DNA of 64,000 nt from an uncultured Nitrososphaeria archaeon (lineage in GTDB: Archaea > Thermoproteota > Nitrososphaeria > JACIWG01). The notes beneath the pieces were generated by a model that was given only the letters and a program-made list of their open reading frames with translations, searched no databases and was not told where the DNA came from. Position numbers and translations under genes: made by a program. The stretch is taken from positions 65,144 to 129,143 of the forward strand of contig CAYUWR010000010.1 of the NCBI GenBank assembly GCA_964448685.1, written 5' to 3'. This document shows, piece by piece, positions 35,919 to 45,011 of the stretch (the stretch's first letter is position 1; each line of letters opens with the position of its first letter).

Positions 35919-37052
35919 ATGTCGTGGGGCAAGAGACGGCTTACAGTTTATGGACTGAGCGCAGAAGGATATGACATGGCTCTAAGGTTCTCGGAAAAAG
36001 GGTGCGAGACTACAATAATAGATGAAAGACTCAACTCGCCAATGAAGTTTCACCGAAGAGATTTCTCGAGAAACAGGACGGTTGACGAGTTCTTTGAAGA
36101 AGAATCCCTGACAGGAATCGCCTCCTTTGAAGAGGCAATATCAACCTCGGAGATCATACTGTTCTGCCCGAAGATAAGATGTGATATAACAGAAATCCAA
36201 CATCAGTATGAACGTTCACTGAAGGAGATATCACCGCTTCTACCGAAAGGTTCGGTTCTAGTCTTCTGGGCGCCGCTGGGACAAAATGGGCAAAAAGAGG
36301 TAGTTAGGACCGTTCAGGAATATGTGAACCGAACAGATGATGAATATGGCATCGTGTTCTTGCCCCCATTCTTCGACGACAGAACCAACTTTGCAGGAAC
36401 GTTTGGGAGAATAGGAGACAGCATAGAAATATTCAGTGACATAATCGGAAAAAAGATCCAACCATCCAATATGGATGATGCAGAGAGAATGTTCTTCAAC
36501 AAAATTCTTGAAAAGTTTTCCTATTATGCCTCCCAGATGATCACGTTTTCTGAGGCAAAGAACCTACCGGAAGATAGCCCATATTATGATGACCTCTACG
36601 CCAATTACACAGACCTGAACCTGATCTACAATACAACAAGGAGGGGAACACAGCTTAAAAGCTACACCAGCACCCTCATAAGGGTAGTTGAAAGCTACCC
36701 GAAGAACCTCTTAAACTACGTCAAAGCATTGACAAAAGAACTCAACGTAAGACCGAGCAGAGCTCGGATAATCGTCCTATGGAGCAAAAGTAACTATCAC
36801 GTCAGACAAGATGTCGACAGATCGTTCTCAGAGCTTGCATCCTTGCTCCAAGACGTCTTTGTAGACGTACAACCCCTTTCCATGAAGGAACTCTCAAGGA
36901 GGAGACTTCTCACAACTTCGACGGTCAGAAACCCAACCTTCATAATAGCCTGTTCAAAAGGAGACCTCGAAGAAGTAAAAGGCCACGTCCAAGGAAGAAA
37001 TCAGACAGTTACAGTTATTAAAGCGACCTTAACCCCATCAAGGTTGACTTGA
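35919..37052 (+). CDS. hypothetical protein, distantly nucleotide-sugar (UDP-GlcNAc/ManNAc) dehydrogenase-like with a degenerate Rossmann motif
   Basis: From the Met at 35919: MSWGKRRLTVYGLSAEGYDMALRFSEKGCETTIIDE resembles the N-terminal beta-alpha-beta of UDP-sugar 6-dehydrogenases, but GxGxxG reads YGLSAEG. The weak call rests partly on the neighbouring genes. Confidence 0.35.
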   Translation: MSWGKRRLTVYGLSAEGYDMALRFSEKGCETTIIDERLNSPMKFHRRDFSRNRTVDEFFEEESLTGIASFEEAISTSEIILFCPKIRCDITEIQHQYERSLKEISPLLPKGSVLVFWAPLGQNGQKEVVRTVQEYVNRTDDEYGIVFLPPFFDDRTNFAGTFGRIGDSIEIFSDIIGKKIQPSNMDDAERMFFNKILEKFSYYASQMITFSEAKNLPEDSPYYDDLYANYTDLNLIYNTTRRGTQLKSYTSTLIRVVESYPKNLLNYVKALTKELNVRPSRARIIVLWSKSNYHVRQDVDRSFSELASLLQDVFVDVQPLSMKELSRRRLLTTSTVRNPTFIIACSKGDLEEVKGHVQGRNQTVTVIKATLTPSRLT

Positions 37053-37053
37053 A

Positions 37054-37992
37054 GTGAGCGAGATCAAGATAGGGGTCATCGGATTGGGCGGATGGGGCAA
37101 GAATCATTTAAGAGTATTGAGCGAACTCAGGGCCTTAGACGCAATATGTGACATAAGCGAAGAGAGGGTTAGAGACAATTCGAGGAAGTATGGAGTTGAA
37201 GGGTACACGGATGTGGACGCCTTCCTAAGACGAGACCTCGACGGCGTAATCGTCAGCACCCCAACTCGAACACATTTTCAGGTGGCTTTAAAGGCTATCG
37301 GAGAAAAGAAAAACCTTCTAGTCGAAAAACCGTTCACATACGATGTACAGGAGGGAGAAACTCTACTTAGGAAAGCTAAAGAGAACGAGGTGATCTTGAC
37401 AGTCGGATTCATAGAACGATTCAATCCAGCGATGAGGGAAGCCAAGAGACTGGTAGCTAATGGAACAATAGGCGCCCCCCTATACTTGATATTCACAAGA
37501 GAGAATAGATGGCCAGCTCACATATTAGATGTCGGCGTGATCTTGGATACGACAATACATGACATCGACCTGTCAAGGTGGTTCTTCGAAAAAGAGCCGA
37601 CAATAGTATTCGCGCGAACAGGAAGGTTCGGAATAGATAGAGAAAGAGTCTCCGCCCTAACACTAGGCTTTCCAGAAGAGAGGTCATCGCTGATAATATC
37701 GAACTGGATAACCCCACGGAAGCTCAGGCAACTCGAAATTGTGGGAGAAAATGGTCTGATCTCCCTAGACTTCATAACTCAAGAAATAAAGATAGATCTT
37801 GAGGACAGAACAGATGTTCCAAGAACCAAATATGAGGAACCACTTACGATAGAACTCAGGCATTTCATAGAATGCATCAAAGAGAGAAGACAGCCTGAAG
37901 TCAGTGGAGAAGATGGCGTGAAGGCGACTAAGGTCGCTCAAGCCGCGCTGACATCAAACAAGCTTGGAGCCGCCATATACCTAGAACTGTGA
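37054..37992 (+). CDS. Gfo/Idh/MocA-family oxidoreductase (WbpB-like UDP-sugar 3-dehydrogenase candidate)
   Basis: IKIGVIGLGGWGKNH is the Rossmann motif, EKP (LVEKPF) is present, and the C-terminal domain fits the family. Confidence 0.85.
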   Translation: MSEIKIGVIGLGGWGKNHLRVLSELRALDAICDISEERVRDNSRKYGVEGYTDVDAFLRRDLDGVIVSTPTRTHFQVALKAIGEKKNLLVEKPFTYDVQEGETLLRKAKENEVILTVGFIERFNPAMREAKRLVANGTIGAPLYLIFTRENRWPAHILDVGVILDTTIHDIDLSRWFFEKEPTIVFARTGRFGIDRERVSALTLGFPEERSSLIISNWITPRKLRQLEIVGENGLISLDFITQEIKIDLEDRTDVPRTKYEEPLTIELRHFIECIKERRQPEVSGEDGVKATKVAQAALTSNKLGAAIYLEL

Positions 37993-38534
37993 ACAAAAAC
38001 AGTAAAATAGAGGAAGAACAGGACAGTGAATTCAAGATAGAATTGGCCAACATGGTCAACTACGTGGGTAAAAACGTCAAAATGGGAAAGAACGTCAAGA
38101 TATGGCACTTTTCGTATGTTGGAGACAATACCGTGATCGGAGACGACGTCATGATCGGTTCACTATGCCACGTCGACTATAACGTGAGAATAGGAAATAG
38201 GGTTAGAATTGAAGGATTAACCTATATCCCTCCACTCACTGTAATAGGAGACAATGTCTTCATAGGGCCAGCTGTAGTCTTCACAAACGATCCATATCCA
38301 CCAAGCAAGAAGATGGCTGGAGTTGTCGTCGAAGAAGGTGCTGTGATCGGAGCGAGAGCGGTCATCAAGGCAGGTGTCAAGATCGGAAGAGGTAGCGTTA
38401 TAGCAATGGGAGCTATTGTAACAAGGGATGTGCCAGCGTACACAGTCGTCATGGGTACACCAGCAGACGCCGTCTATGATAGGGTCACATACGAAAAAAA
38501 GAGGAGGAAATGGGAAGAGAGCCTCTCTAGCTGA
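37989..38534 (+). CDS. hexapeptide-repeat (left-handed beta-helix) acetyltransferase (WbpD-like)
   Basis: Repeated [LIV]-G-x-x-x-x hexads run throughout (IGDDVMIGSLCHV, IGNRVRIEGLTYI, IGDNVFIGPAVVF, IGARAVIKAGVKIGRGSVIAMGAIV). The gene overlaps the upstream gene by 4 nt. Confidence 0.85.
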   Translation: MNKNSKIEEEQDSEFKIELANMVNYVGKNVKMGKNVKIWHFSYVGDNTVIGDDVMIGSLCHVDYNVRIGNRVRIEGLTYIPPLTVIGDNVFIGPAVVFTNDPYPPSKKMAGVVVEEGAVIGARAVIKAGVKIGRGSVIAMGAIVTRDVPAYTVVMGTPADAVYDRVTYEKKRRKWEESLSS

Positions 38535-38772
38535 GGACACTCCTTTTCGCTATATAGTTTCTGATCGCCAGCAGGGATGCTAACCAGACCAGAAACAGGA
38601 CCGCTGAAAGAAAGACCTTCAATACACCAGAGAGCATTCGACCGGAAAGATCGCCTGAAATCGGCGGAAGAGGAACAATGAGAATGAAGATGCAGTAGGT
38701 CAATAGCAGCAAACTGACCCAAGAGAAGGTTACAAGAAGAACAAGGTAGATGAAGTTCCTCATATACTTCAA
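38527..38772 (-). CDS. small membrane protein (2-3 TM), unknown function
   Basis: 81 aa and strongly hydrophobic. It overlaps the aglH stop by 4 nt, which suggests translational coupling. I recognise no family. Confidence 0.4.
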   Translation of the reverse strand: MKYMRNFIYLVLLVTFSWVSLLLLTYCIFILIVPLPPISGDLSGRMLSGVLKVFLSAVLFLVWLASLLAIRNYIAKRSVLS

Positions 38773-39758
38773 CCCTTGATCAGCAAAGACGTCAAGATCG
38801 CCAGCAGCATACTATAGGCAAAAAGCAAACTCATCCTCAAAGCAGCCTTCCTTTCAGGCAGAGGGCCGTCGGCAACGATCAGACGAGCCAAGGTAATTGG
38901 AGCAGCCCTATCTTTCGACGAGACCAAAAGACCCTCTTCATTCAAGTAGACAGGCCTGGCTCTTATCGACCTATGCTCGATTATCCCCCTAATACTTGCG
39001 AGAATATAGAAGCCGTTGAGGATCGCAGGAACAAAAGCAACCAACGAAGGAATCTCGGTTCTCGTGACTATGGCTGAGGCTCCAAAAAGCGCACCCAACA
39101 TGAGACTACCTGAGTCTCCGGCGAAGATCTTCGAAGGATACCTGTTAAATAGATAGAAGGCAAGAGAAGCCGAGAGTAGGAGAAGAGGGAGGATAGCGTC
39201 CCCCAAGCGCCCGTACAATATCAGAGGAAATATCTGAGAAAGAGCAAGAAGTACAGCGGCCCCGCTTACGGTTCCATTGTAGACGTCTATCATGTTCACC
39301 GCGTTGGCCACCACCGGTATAGTGGCAAGAACGATCAATGGATACACCAATGTCAGCCTCGTGGGGCCAAAGATTGGAAAAACGGGGTGGGGATCGTAGA
39401 CGCCGAAAGCAAGCAGAGGGAGAGAGCCGAGGGCCGTCAACGTCATCTTCAGCTTACCACTCAAGACCCTAAAATCGTCTATCAGACCGATCAAGAAGAT
39501 TATGGAGACAGAAGAGAGTACAGCCAAATACCTTATTTCTAAGGTGCTAAAGAAAAGCGAGAGCAATGGTAAAGCCACGCCGACGAAGATCGCCGGCCCA
39601 GCAGGCCTAGGCACAAGTCGCTTATCCTTCTTGTGGAAGTCTTCCACAAGAAATCCTCCCTTCTTGAGTAATGTGATCGACAAAGCGATCGATAAATAGG
39701 TGATGACGAAGCAGGCAACGGACAAGACGATGACAAGGTACAGTTGCTCCAAGTTCAT
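38769..39758 (-). CDS. aglH: glycosyltransferase family 4, dolichyl/UDP-GlcNAc-1-phosphate transferase (AglH / MraY-WecA superfamily)
   Basis: Polytopic membrane protein with LIGLIDDFRVL (the DDxxD-like motif) and ANAVNMIDVYNG (the NxxNxxDGxxG-like motif). I chose the start at the Met at 39758 (MNLEQLYLV), because the 39812 track start would collide with the divergent mtnA start. Confidence 0.8.
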   Translation of the reverse strand: MNLEQLYLVIVLSVACFVITYLSIALSITLLKKGGFLVEDFHKKDKRLVPRPAGPAIFVGVALPLLSLFFSTLEIRYLAVLSSVSIIFLIGLIDDFRVLSGKLKMTLTALGSLPLLAFGVYDPHPVFPIFGPTRLTLVYPLIVLATIPVVANAVNMIDVYNGTVSGAAVLLALSQIFPLILYGRLGDAILPLLLLSASLAFYLFNRYPSKIFAGDSGSLMLGALFGASAIVTRTEIPSLVAFVPAILNGFYILASIRGIIEHRSIRARPVYLNEEGLLVSSKDRAAPITLARLIVADGPLPERKAALRMSLLFAYSMLLAILTSLLIKG

Positions 39759-39811
39759 TCTGGACTCTAGGTTTAAATTCTCACACTTATTAAGATACGC
39801 TTGGACGTGCA

Positions 39812-40843
39812 ATGGATCACATAGAATGGACAGGGGAGGACCTTAGGATACTAGACCAACGGAGACTTCCAGGGCAGGTCAGATATCTTAACCTCAAGAA
39901 TATCGATGACTGCTTCAGGTCAATCTCACAGATGCAGGTTAGAGGAGCACCACTTATAGGTGTAGTCGGAGCATTCGGTTTAGCCCTCTTCACACGTGAC
40001 ATTGAAGCCCAATCGAAGGAAGAATTCTTTGAGAAAGTCTCAAGAGCTTCCGAATACATTTCGAATGCTCGACCTACGGCATACAATCTGAAGTACTGCG
40101 TTCAACTAATCTATGAAGCCATGCGGTCAAAAGAGGACATCGATTCGATGAAATCTGAGGCGATCAGAAAGGCTATAGAGATCATGAAGGCTGAAGAAGA
40201 ATCCAGCAGAAGGATCGGAGAAAATGGAGAACCACTCCTAGAAGACGGCGACACAGTCCTCACACATTGCAATGCAGGAGAACTGGCCACAATCAGATAT
40301 GGCACAGCCCTCGCCCCAATAAGGGTAGCTGCCGAAAAAGGCAAATGCCTATACGTGATCGCGACAGAAACGAGGCCTGCACAGCAGGGAGCAAGATTGA
40401 CCGCTTGGGAACTTGCACGTGATAGAATACCTGTGACGGTGGTCGCGGACACGGCAGTCGGATATCTTATGGAGAAAGGAATGGTTGACAAAGTCATCGT
40501 AGGAGCCGACAGAATCACAGCCGACGGCTACGTCTTCAACAAGATAGGAACCTACCAGATCGCAGTCTTAGCTAAAGAGCATAAGATACCATTCTATGTT
40601 GCCGCACCAGCCTCAACCTTTGACCTCCACACGACCCACGACGCGGTCACAGTAGAAGAAAGGGAGGCGACAGAAGTTGCGGTAGTCGGCGGGAAGAGGA
40701 TAGTTCCAAGAGGCGTCAGAATATATAATCCCGTCTTCGATAGGACACCGCCGACATTCGTGAAATCAATAATATCCGAAAAGGGAATAATTTACCCGCC
40801 ATTCGATAAAAACATAAGTAGGGTAGTTGGTGACCGAACTTAA
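39812..40843 (+). CDS. mtnA: methylthioribose-1-phosphate isomerase / eIF-2B alpha-delta family isomerase
   Basis: Motifs are LDQRRLP, VRGAPLIGVVGAFG, HCNAG, ETRPAQQGARLTAWEL and VGADRI. A TATA-like tttaaatt lies about 32-39 nt upstream. Confidence 0.85.
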   Translation: MDHIEWTGEDLRILDQRRLPGQVRYLNLKNIDDCFRSISQMQVRGAPLIGVVGAFGLALFTRDIEAQSKEEFFEKVSRASEYISNARPTAYNLKYCVQLIYEAMRSKEDIDSMKSEAIRKAIEIMKAEEESSRRIGENGEPLLEDGDTVLTHCNAGELATIRYGTALAPIRVAAEKGKCLYVIATETRPAQQGARLTAWELARDRIPVTVVADTAVGYLMEKGMVDKVIVGADRITADGYVFNKIGTYQIAVLAKEHKIPFYVAAPASTFDLHTTHDAVTVEEREATEVAVVGGKRIVPRGVRIYNPVFDRTPPTFVKSIISEKGIIYPPFDKNISRVVGDRT

Positions 40844-40862
40844 CAATAGAGCATGACAGCTC

Positions 40863-40940
40863 GGGCCCGTGGCCCAGTACGGATAAGGCATTGGCCTTCG
40901 GAGCCAAGGATCGTGGGTTCAAATCCCTCCGGGCCCGCCA
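40863..40940 (+). tRNA. tRNA-Arg (anticodon UCG), 75 nt + genomically encoded CCA
   Basis: GGGCCCG-TG-GCCC-AGTACGGATA-AGGC-A-TTGGC-CTTCGGA-GCCAA-GGATC-GTGGG-TTCAAAT-CCCTC-CGGGCCC-G-CCA. My hand fold leaves a U50-U64 mismatch in the T stem and C13-A22 in the D stem. Confidence 0.85.
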
Positions 40941-40942
40941 CA

Positions 40943-40947
40943 TTTTT
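40943..40947 (+). terminator. oligo-T tract directly after tRNA-Arg (archaeal-type terminator candidate)
   Basis: ttttt begins 3 nt after the encoded CCA. Confidence 0.35.
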
Positions 40948-40948
40948 C

Positions 40949-41965
40949 CTACAGGCAGCTGCAATCAGATTCTGCTATCTTTAAAATGTCGTTTAAGACC
41001 GCATAGGCTGTCTGCCTGGTACTTGTAAACGTGGCTGAAGTGAACACCTCTTGACATGTCTTGAAGGTGAACCTTAAACCCATACTTCCATGGTTGACGG
41101 TCGAAAGTGGATCATCCAAAGGTACGAGTTTCGGAGCCACATTCATGTGCACCCTATCTCCTTCTCTCCATATTTCACAGACAAGTTTTGCCTTCTTGTT
41201 CTCTTGAGCAGCCTGCTTTATCATCGGCTCGATCCCCCTTATCCCTTGAACCTTTACATCATCAAGTTTGGCATCGATGCCATATAATGTGTTAGCAAGT
41301 ATTACTACCTTTCTTGCTGCGTCAACACCATCTACATCGTCGGAAAAGTTCGTTTCAGCCCATCCCGACCTTATCGCATAATCTAATGCTTCTTGAAAGC
41401 TCTTTCCAGCCTCCATTTCCCCTATTATGAAGTTGGTGGTCGCATTCAATATTCCTTCAACCTTCAAGACTTCATCAGCGATAAAACATGAATCGAGAAG
41501 GCAGAACACCGGAACATGCACCGCCACTGTCGCCTCATAAAGTAGTTTGACGTTATTTTGTTTGGCCTTCTCGATCAGATCTTTGAATGCTACAACCAAA
41601 GGGCCCTTATTTGCTGTCACAACATTCTTTCTTTCACTCAGAGCACGGCTGATATGTGAAAGCCCTGGTTCTCCGCTTAAGGTGGAAGGCGTCAGCTCGA
41701 CTACGACATCACCTTTGACGTCCTTGATCGCTTCAAGCGCACCATATCCTTTGACGTATTTGTCGAATTCCACCCAGCCACCTTTCTTGTTTTCTAGGAC
41801 TTCGTCTATCTTAAGGCCTCTTTCATCGATGGCTGTACCCTTTGAATCGGAAACAGAGACGACGTCAAGTCTAATACCGAGCGAATCTAGATTTTCTCTA
41901 TTCTTATGCATCAGCTCAAGCAGACTCTTGCCGACGTTGCCTAGACCGATCAGTTGAATCTTCAT
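40949..41965 (-). CDS. hom: homoserine dehydrogenase
   Basis: The N-terminal Rossmann motif is IQLIGLGNVGKSL. The central TANKGP-like motif is VTANKGPLV, and a homoserine dehydrogenase catalytic domain pattern follows (EATVAVHVPV, ILNATTNFI). Confidence 0.85.
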   Translation of the reverse strand: MKIQLIGLGNVGKSLLELMHKNRENLDSLGIRLDVVSVSDSKGTAIDERGLKIDEVLENKKGGWVEFDKYVKGYGALEAIKDVKGDVVVELTPSTLSGEPGLSHISRALSERKNVVTANKGPLVVAFKDLIEKAKQNNVKLLYEATVAVHVPVFCLLDSCFIADEVLKVEGILNATTNFIIGEMEAGKSFQEALDYAIRSGWAETNFSDDVDGVDAARKVVILANTLYGIDAKLDDVKVQGIRGIEPMIKQAAQENKKAKLVCEIWREGDRVHMNVAPKLVPLDDPLSTVNHGSMGLRFTFKTCQEVFTSATFTSTRQTAYAVLNDILKIAESDCSCL

Positions 41966-42059
41966 GAGCCTAGCTTCAATTATAGAGATATTTTAAACTT
42001 CAATCAAGAAATGACTTTGATGAAACAGCTTGAAGCCTAATTTCACCATCGTAAGAATC

Positions 42060-42147
42060 TGGTGCAGGAGGTGGGATTCGAACCCACGAACCCCTACGGC
42101 ACGAGGATCTAAGCCTCGCGCCATTGACCAGGCTAGGCGACCCCTGC
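42060..42147 (-). tRNA. tRNA-Leu (anticodon UAG), type II with long variable arm, 85 nt + encoded CCA
   Basis: The reverse strand reads GCAGGGGTCGCCTAGCCTGGTCAATGGCGCGAGGCTTAGATCCTCGTGCCGTAGGGGTTCGTGGGTTCGAATCCCACCTCCTGCACCA. The anticodon stem is CGAGG/CCTCG and the loop is CTTAGAT. Confidence 0.9.
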
Positions 42148-42352
42148 TCACTTTGTACATGTCGGAAAACAGGTTTCTTAAATATGTTCCTCCCATCGGA
42201 AAGGATGACACATCTGGAAGATACCCTTTCACAATTAAACCTCCAATTCAGATGAGATGCATTTCTTCATTGGGCGTGTCCTACCCTCAGTGCAGATTAG
42301 TCTCATCACACATAGTATGTTGATAGTGGCCAGTTATTTCCTTTTCCCCTTA

Positions 42353-43288
42353 TCAGAAGTCAACACCTAATATGGAGGCCAGCAGCGCCGCCCGCAGTAT
42401 CTTCCCATTAAGCATCTGCCTAAAGTATACAGCGTAAGGAGAATCGTCAACCTCTGGTGAAATTTCATCCACTCTAGGCAATGGGTGAAGGATTATCAGG
42501 TCATCTTTTGCCTTCTGAAGCATTCTAAGGCTCACCACATACGAGCTCTTGACACTCTCGTATTCGGCGGGGTCTGGAAAACGTTCTTTTTGTATTCTGG
42601 TTACGTAGAGTACGTCCAGATCAGACAAGACTTCTTCCACGTTGTCGTGCTCAGATATCCGCATCCCCTTTTCTAGGTCAAAGAATATTTCACGTCTCAC
42701 CCTAAGTACGGGATGAGAGATCAGCTTGACTTCGACATCGAACATCGAAAGCCCATAAAGCAACGAATAGACAGCCCTGCCATATTTTAGGTCGCCAAGC
42801 AACCCTATCTTCAAGCCATCAATCGAATGTTTTTCCTTCATGATAGTGTAAAGGTCGATCATCGCCTGAGTCGGATGTTCTTCGGTACCACAGCCTGCAT
42901 TGATTAGAGGCTTACGCGCCACTTCTGCAGCGAAGCTGGCTGCACCATCCCTAGAATGTCTCATGACGATGATGTCGACATAGTTTTCCACCGTTCTCAC
43001 CGTGTCAGCGAGACTTTCACCCTTTTCTATTGAAGAAACCCTCGGCTCCGCGAAACCCAGTGTACGCCCCCCCAACCACAGCATGGCTGCTTCAAAGCTT
43101 AACCTCGTCCTCGTACTCGGCTCAAAGAAGAGGTACCCCAAAATCTTGCCATCGAGCAGATGCATGCGCTCCTTGTCAGATATCATTTCTATCCGATCCG
43201 CCCTCTCAAAAAGATATTCTAGGTCTGTCCTAGAAAGGTCCTTTATTAGGATAATGTCTTTATTCTTTAACGGATTAGCCTGAGCCAT
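42353..43288 (-). CDS. pyrB: aspartate carbamoyltransferase catalytic subunit
   Basis: Motifs are FFEPSTRTRLSFE, HPTQA and HPLPRV. Length 311 aa. Confidence 0.95.
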   Translation of the reverse strand: MAQANPLKNKDIILIKDLSRTDLEYLFERADRIEMISDKERMHLLDGKILGYLFFEPSTRTRLSFEAAMLWLGGRTLGFAEPRVSSIEKGESLADTVRTVENYVDIIVMRHSRDGAASFAAEVARKPLINAGCGTEEHPTQAMIDLYTIMKEKHSIDGLKIGLLGDLKYGRAVYSLLYGLSMFDVEVKLISHPVLRVRREIFFDLEKGMRISEHDNVEEVLSDLDVLYVTRIQKERFPDPAEYESVKSSYVVSLRMLQKAKDDLIILHPLPRVDEISPEVDDSPYAVYFRQMLNGKILRAALLASILGVDF

Positions 43289-43310
43289 ATCACCAGAAGA
43301 TAGGATAGGT

Positions 43311-43329
43311 CAAAATAAAAATATATGGG
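43311..43329. promoter_or_regulatory. single AT-rich TATA-like block shared by divergent pyrB and pyrI
   Basis: caaaataaaaatatatggg lies 23-38 nt from the pyrB ATG (43288) and about 30 nt from the pyrI ATG (43356). Confidence 0.4.
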
Positions 43330-43355
43330 ATGATTACGAGTAAGTGCTGGGACAG

Positions 43356-43811
43356 ATGTCCGAAAAAGAGCTTATAGTCCAGAAGATAATGGACGGAACC
43401 GTCATAGATCACATAGAGGCAGGCAGAGCACTTCACGTCCTCTCAATATTGGGCATAGACGGTACAGAAGGCAAAATCATTACTGTAGCAATCAACGTGC
43501 CAAGCAAGAAGTATGGGAAGAAGGATATAATAAAGATAGAGAACGTGTACCTATCTCCTGAAACAACAAACAAGATATCGCTGATCACACCTCACGCCAC
43601 AGTCAACATCATAAAAGATTACAGGGTTGTCGAGAAGAGGCCTCTAGAGGTTCCGGATGAATTCGTAGGCATGTTCAAGTGCCCAAACCCGAACTGTATA
43701 ACAAACTCAGGCGAGAATATGAAGACAAGGTTCTATGTGCCATCTAGGGAGCCTCCACTCCTCCGCTGCAAGTACTGTGGCAGAATCTATTCCCCAAACG
43801 AGATGATGTAG
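43356..43811 (+). CDS. pyrI: aspartate carbamoyltransferase regulatory subunit
   Basis: LIVQKIMDGTVIDHI is the allosteric domain start. The C-terminal zinc domain is CPNPNCITN...CKYCGR. I prefer the ATG at 43356 to the GTG at 43344. Confidence 0.9.
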   Translation: MSEKELIVQKIMDGTVIDHIEAGRALHVLSILGIDGTEGKIITVAINVPSKKYGKKDIIKIENVYLSPETTNKISLITPHATVNIIKDYRVVEKRPLEVPDEFVGMFKCPNPNCITNSGENMKTRFYVPSREPPLLRCKYCGRIYSPNEMM

Positions 43812-43856
43812 CTGATGGATAGGACGACGGTAGCGTACAAAAGCATGTGATATCAT

Positions 43857-44519
43857 TTGGAAATAAACGTCTTCAACATTTACAGATCATGCAACATAGG
43901 AATATTTCTCAAATGTAATGAGAAAACCCTCCTAATCCCGAAGGGGCTAGCTTCAACAAAAGCCGAGAAATTGTCATCCTTCATAAAGGCCAAGTATGTT
44001 CGAACATCTGTGGCTGGACTTAGAATTCTTGGTCCCCTAATAGCGATGAACAGCAACGGCATACTTGTATCCAGATTCATTGAAGAAGAAGAGATAAGAA
44101 GCTTAAGGGCGGAGACCGGCTTGACTGTGGAAAGATTCCCTTCAAACTATACGGCCATAGGAAACCTAATTGCCGTCAACGACTTTGGCGCGGTCGCATC
44201 AAACCTTTTGTCAACACCACAGATCAAACTGGCTCAGGACATATTTGGCGTTCCAGTGGATAGAATGAATGTGGCAGGCTATGTTACTGTAGGCGCTCTC
44301 ATCTTCCCAACAAATGTTGGGGCGATAGTTCACCCACTGACAACAGAAAAAGAAATCCAGCAGATGAGGTCCATACTGAAGACTGAAGTCGTGCCCTGCA
44401 CAATAAACAACGGAGTCCCCTTCGTCACATCTGGAATACTTGGGAACTCAAAAGGCATTGTGGTCGGAAACCTGACCAATGGCTCAGAATTGATGAGCTT
44501 ATCCATGATCTTCAAATAA
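43857..44519 (+). CDS. eif6: translation initiation factor 6 (aIF6)
   Basis: 220 aa with the pentein repeat pattern, recurring NIG/AIGN/TVGA/TSGILGN segments (SCNIGIFL, YTAIGNLIAVND, VTVGALIFPT, VTSGILGNS). The start is TTG at 43857. Confidence 0.85.
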   Translation: MEINVFNIYRSCNIGIFLKCNEKTLLIPKGLASTKAEKLSSFIKAKYVRTSVAGLRILGPLIAMNSNGILVSRFIEEEEIRSLRAETGLTVERFPSNYTAIGNLIAVNDFGAVASNLLSTPQIKLAQDIFGVPVDRMNVAGYVTVGALIFPTNVGAIVHPLTTEKEIQQMRSILKTEVVPCTINNGVPFVTSGILGNSKGIVVGNLTNGSELMSLSMIFK

Positions 44520-44573
44520 AACCATTCGAAAACGCTTTTTAACCATCCTCCTTAAACTAGCCTTGCTCGGGAC

Positions 44574-45011
44574 ATGTCAAAGACAGATAAAGACATAGAA
44601 CAAGAACTTCAGACGAAGATAATACAGATGAGATACCTTGAAGAATACCTCGAGGATCTGGCGAATAGAGAAAGCATGGCAGTCACAACCCTAAATGATA
44701 TACAGAACGCAGAAGAGACAATATCGGAGCTGTCAAAGGGTAAAGATCTTGACACAATGGTATATATCGGCGGAGGAATGTACACATCAAGCAAAATAAA
44801 CATCACCAAGAAAGTCTTGGTAAACGTTGGATACAATATAGTAGTTGAGAAGACATTACAGAATGCGCAGATATTTCTACAAGACAGAAAGAAGGAGATC
44901 AGGACAGCATTAGGCGATCTGAGCCAACAGAGACAACAAGCAGCCTACGCACTGCAAACGTTAAGAGCCGATGTTGAGAACACTTTAAGAAGAAGACAAA
45001 GTGAACAGTAG
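44574..45011 (+). CDS. pfdA: prefoldin alpha subunit
   Basis: 145 aa with coiled-coil N- and C-termini flanking a central beta-hairpin region (MVYIGGGMYTSSKINITKKVLVNVGYNIVVEKT). It occupies the conserved aIF6-pfdA-ftsY neighbourhood. Confidence 0.8.
   Translation: MSKTDKDIEQELQTKIIQMRYLEEYLEDLANRESMAVTTLNDIQNAEETISELSKGKDLDTMVYIGGGMYTSSKINITKKVLVNVGYNIVVEKTLQNAQIFLQDRKKEIRTALGDLSQQRQQAAYALQTLRADVENTLRRRQSEQ

Noticed and set aside
40716-40964. 82-aa ORF overlapping tRNA-Arg, plus ORFs 41993..42232 and 42030..42323 overlapping tRNA-Leu
   Set aside because: Their translations (for example ...RDLNPRSLAPKANAL..., ...WDSNPRTPTARGSKP...) are the characteristic read-through of tRNA T-arm and acceptor sequence. 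The tRNA folds explain these regions.
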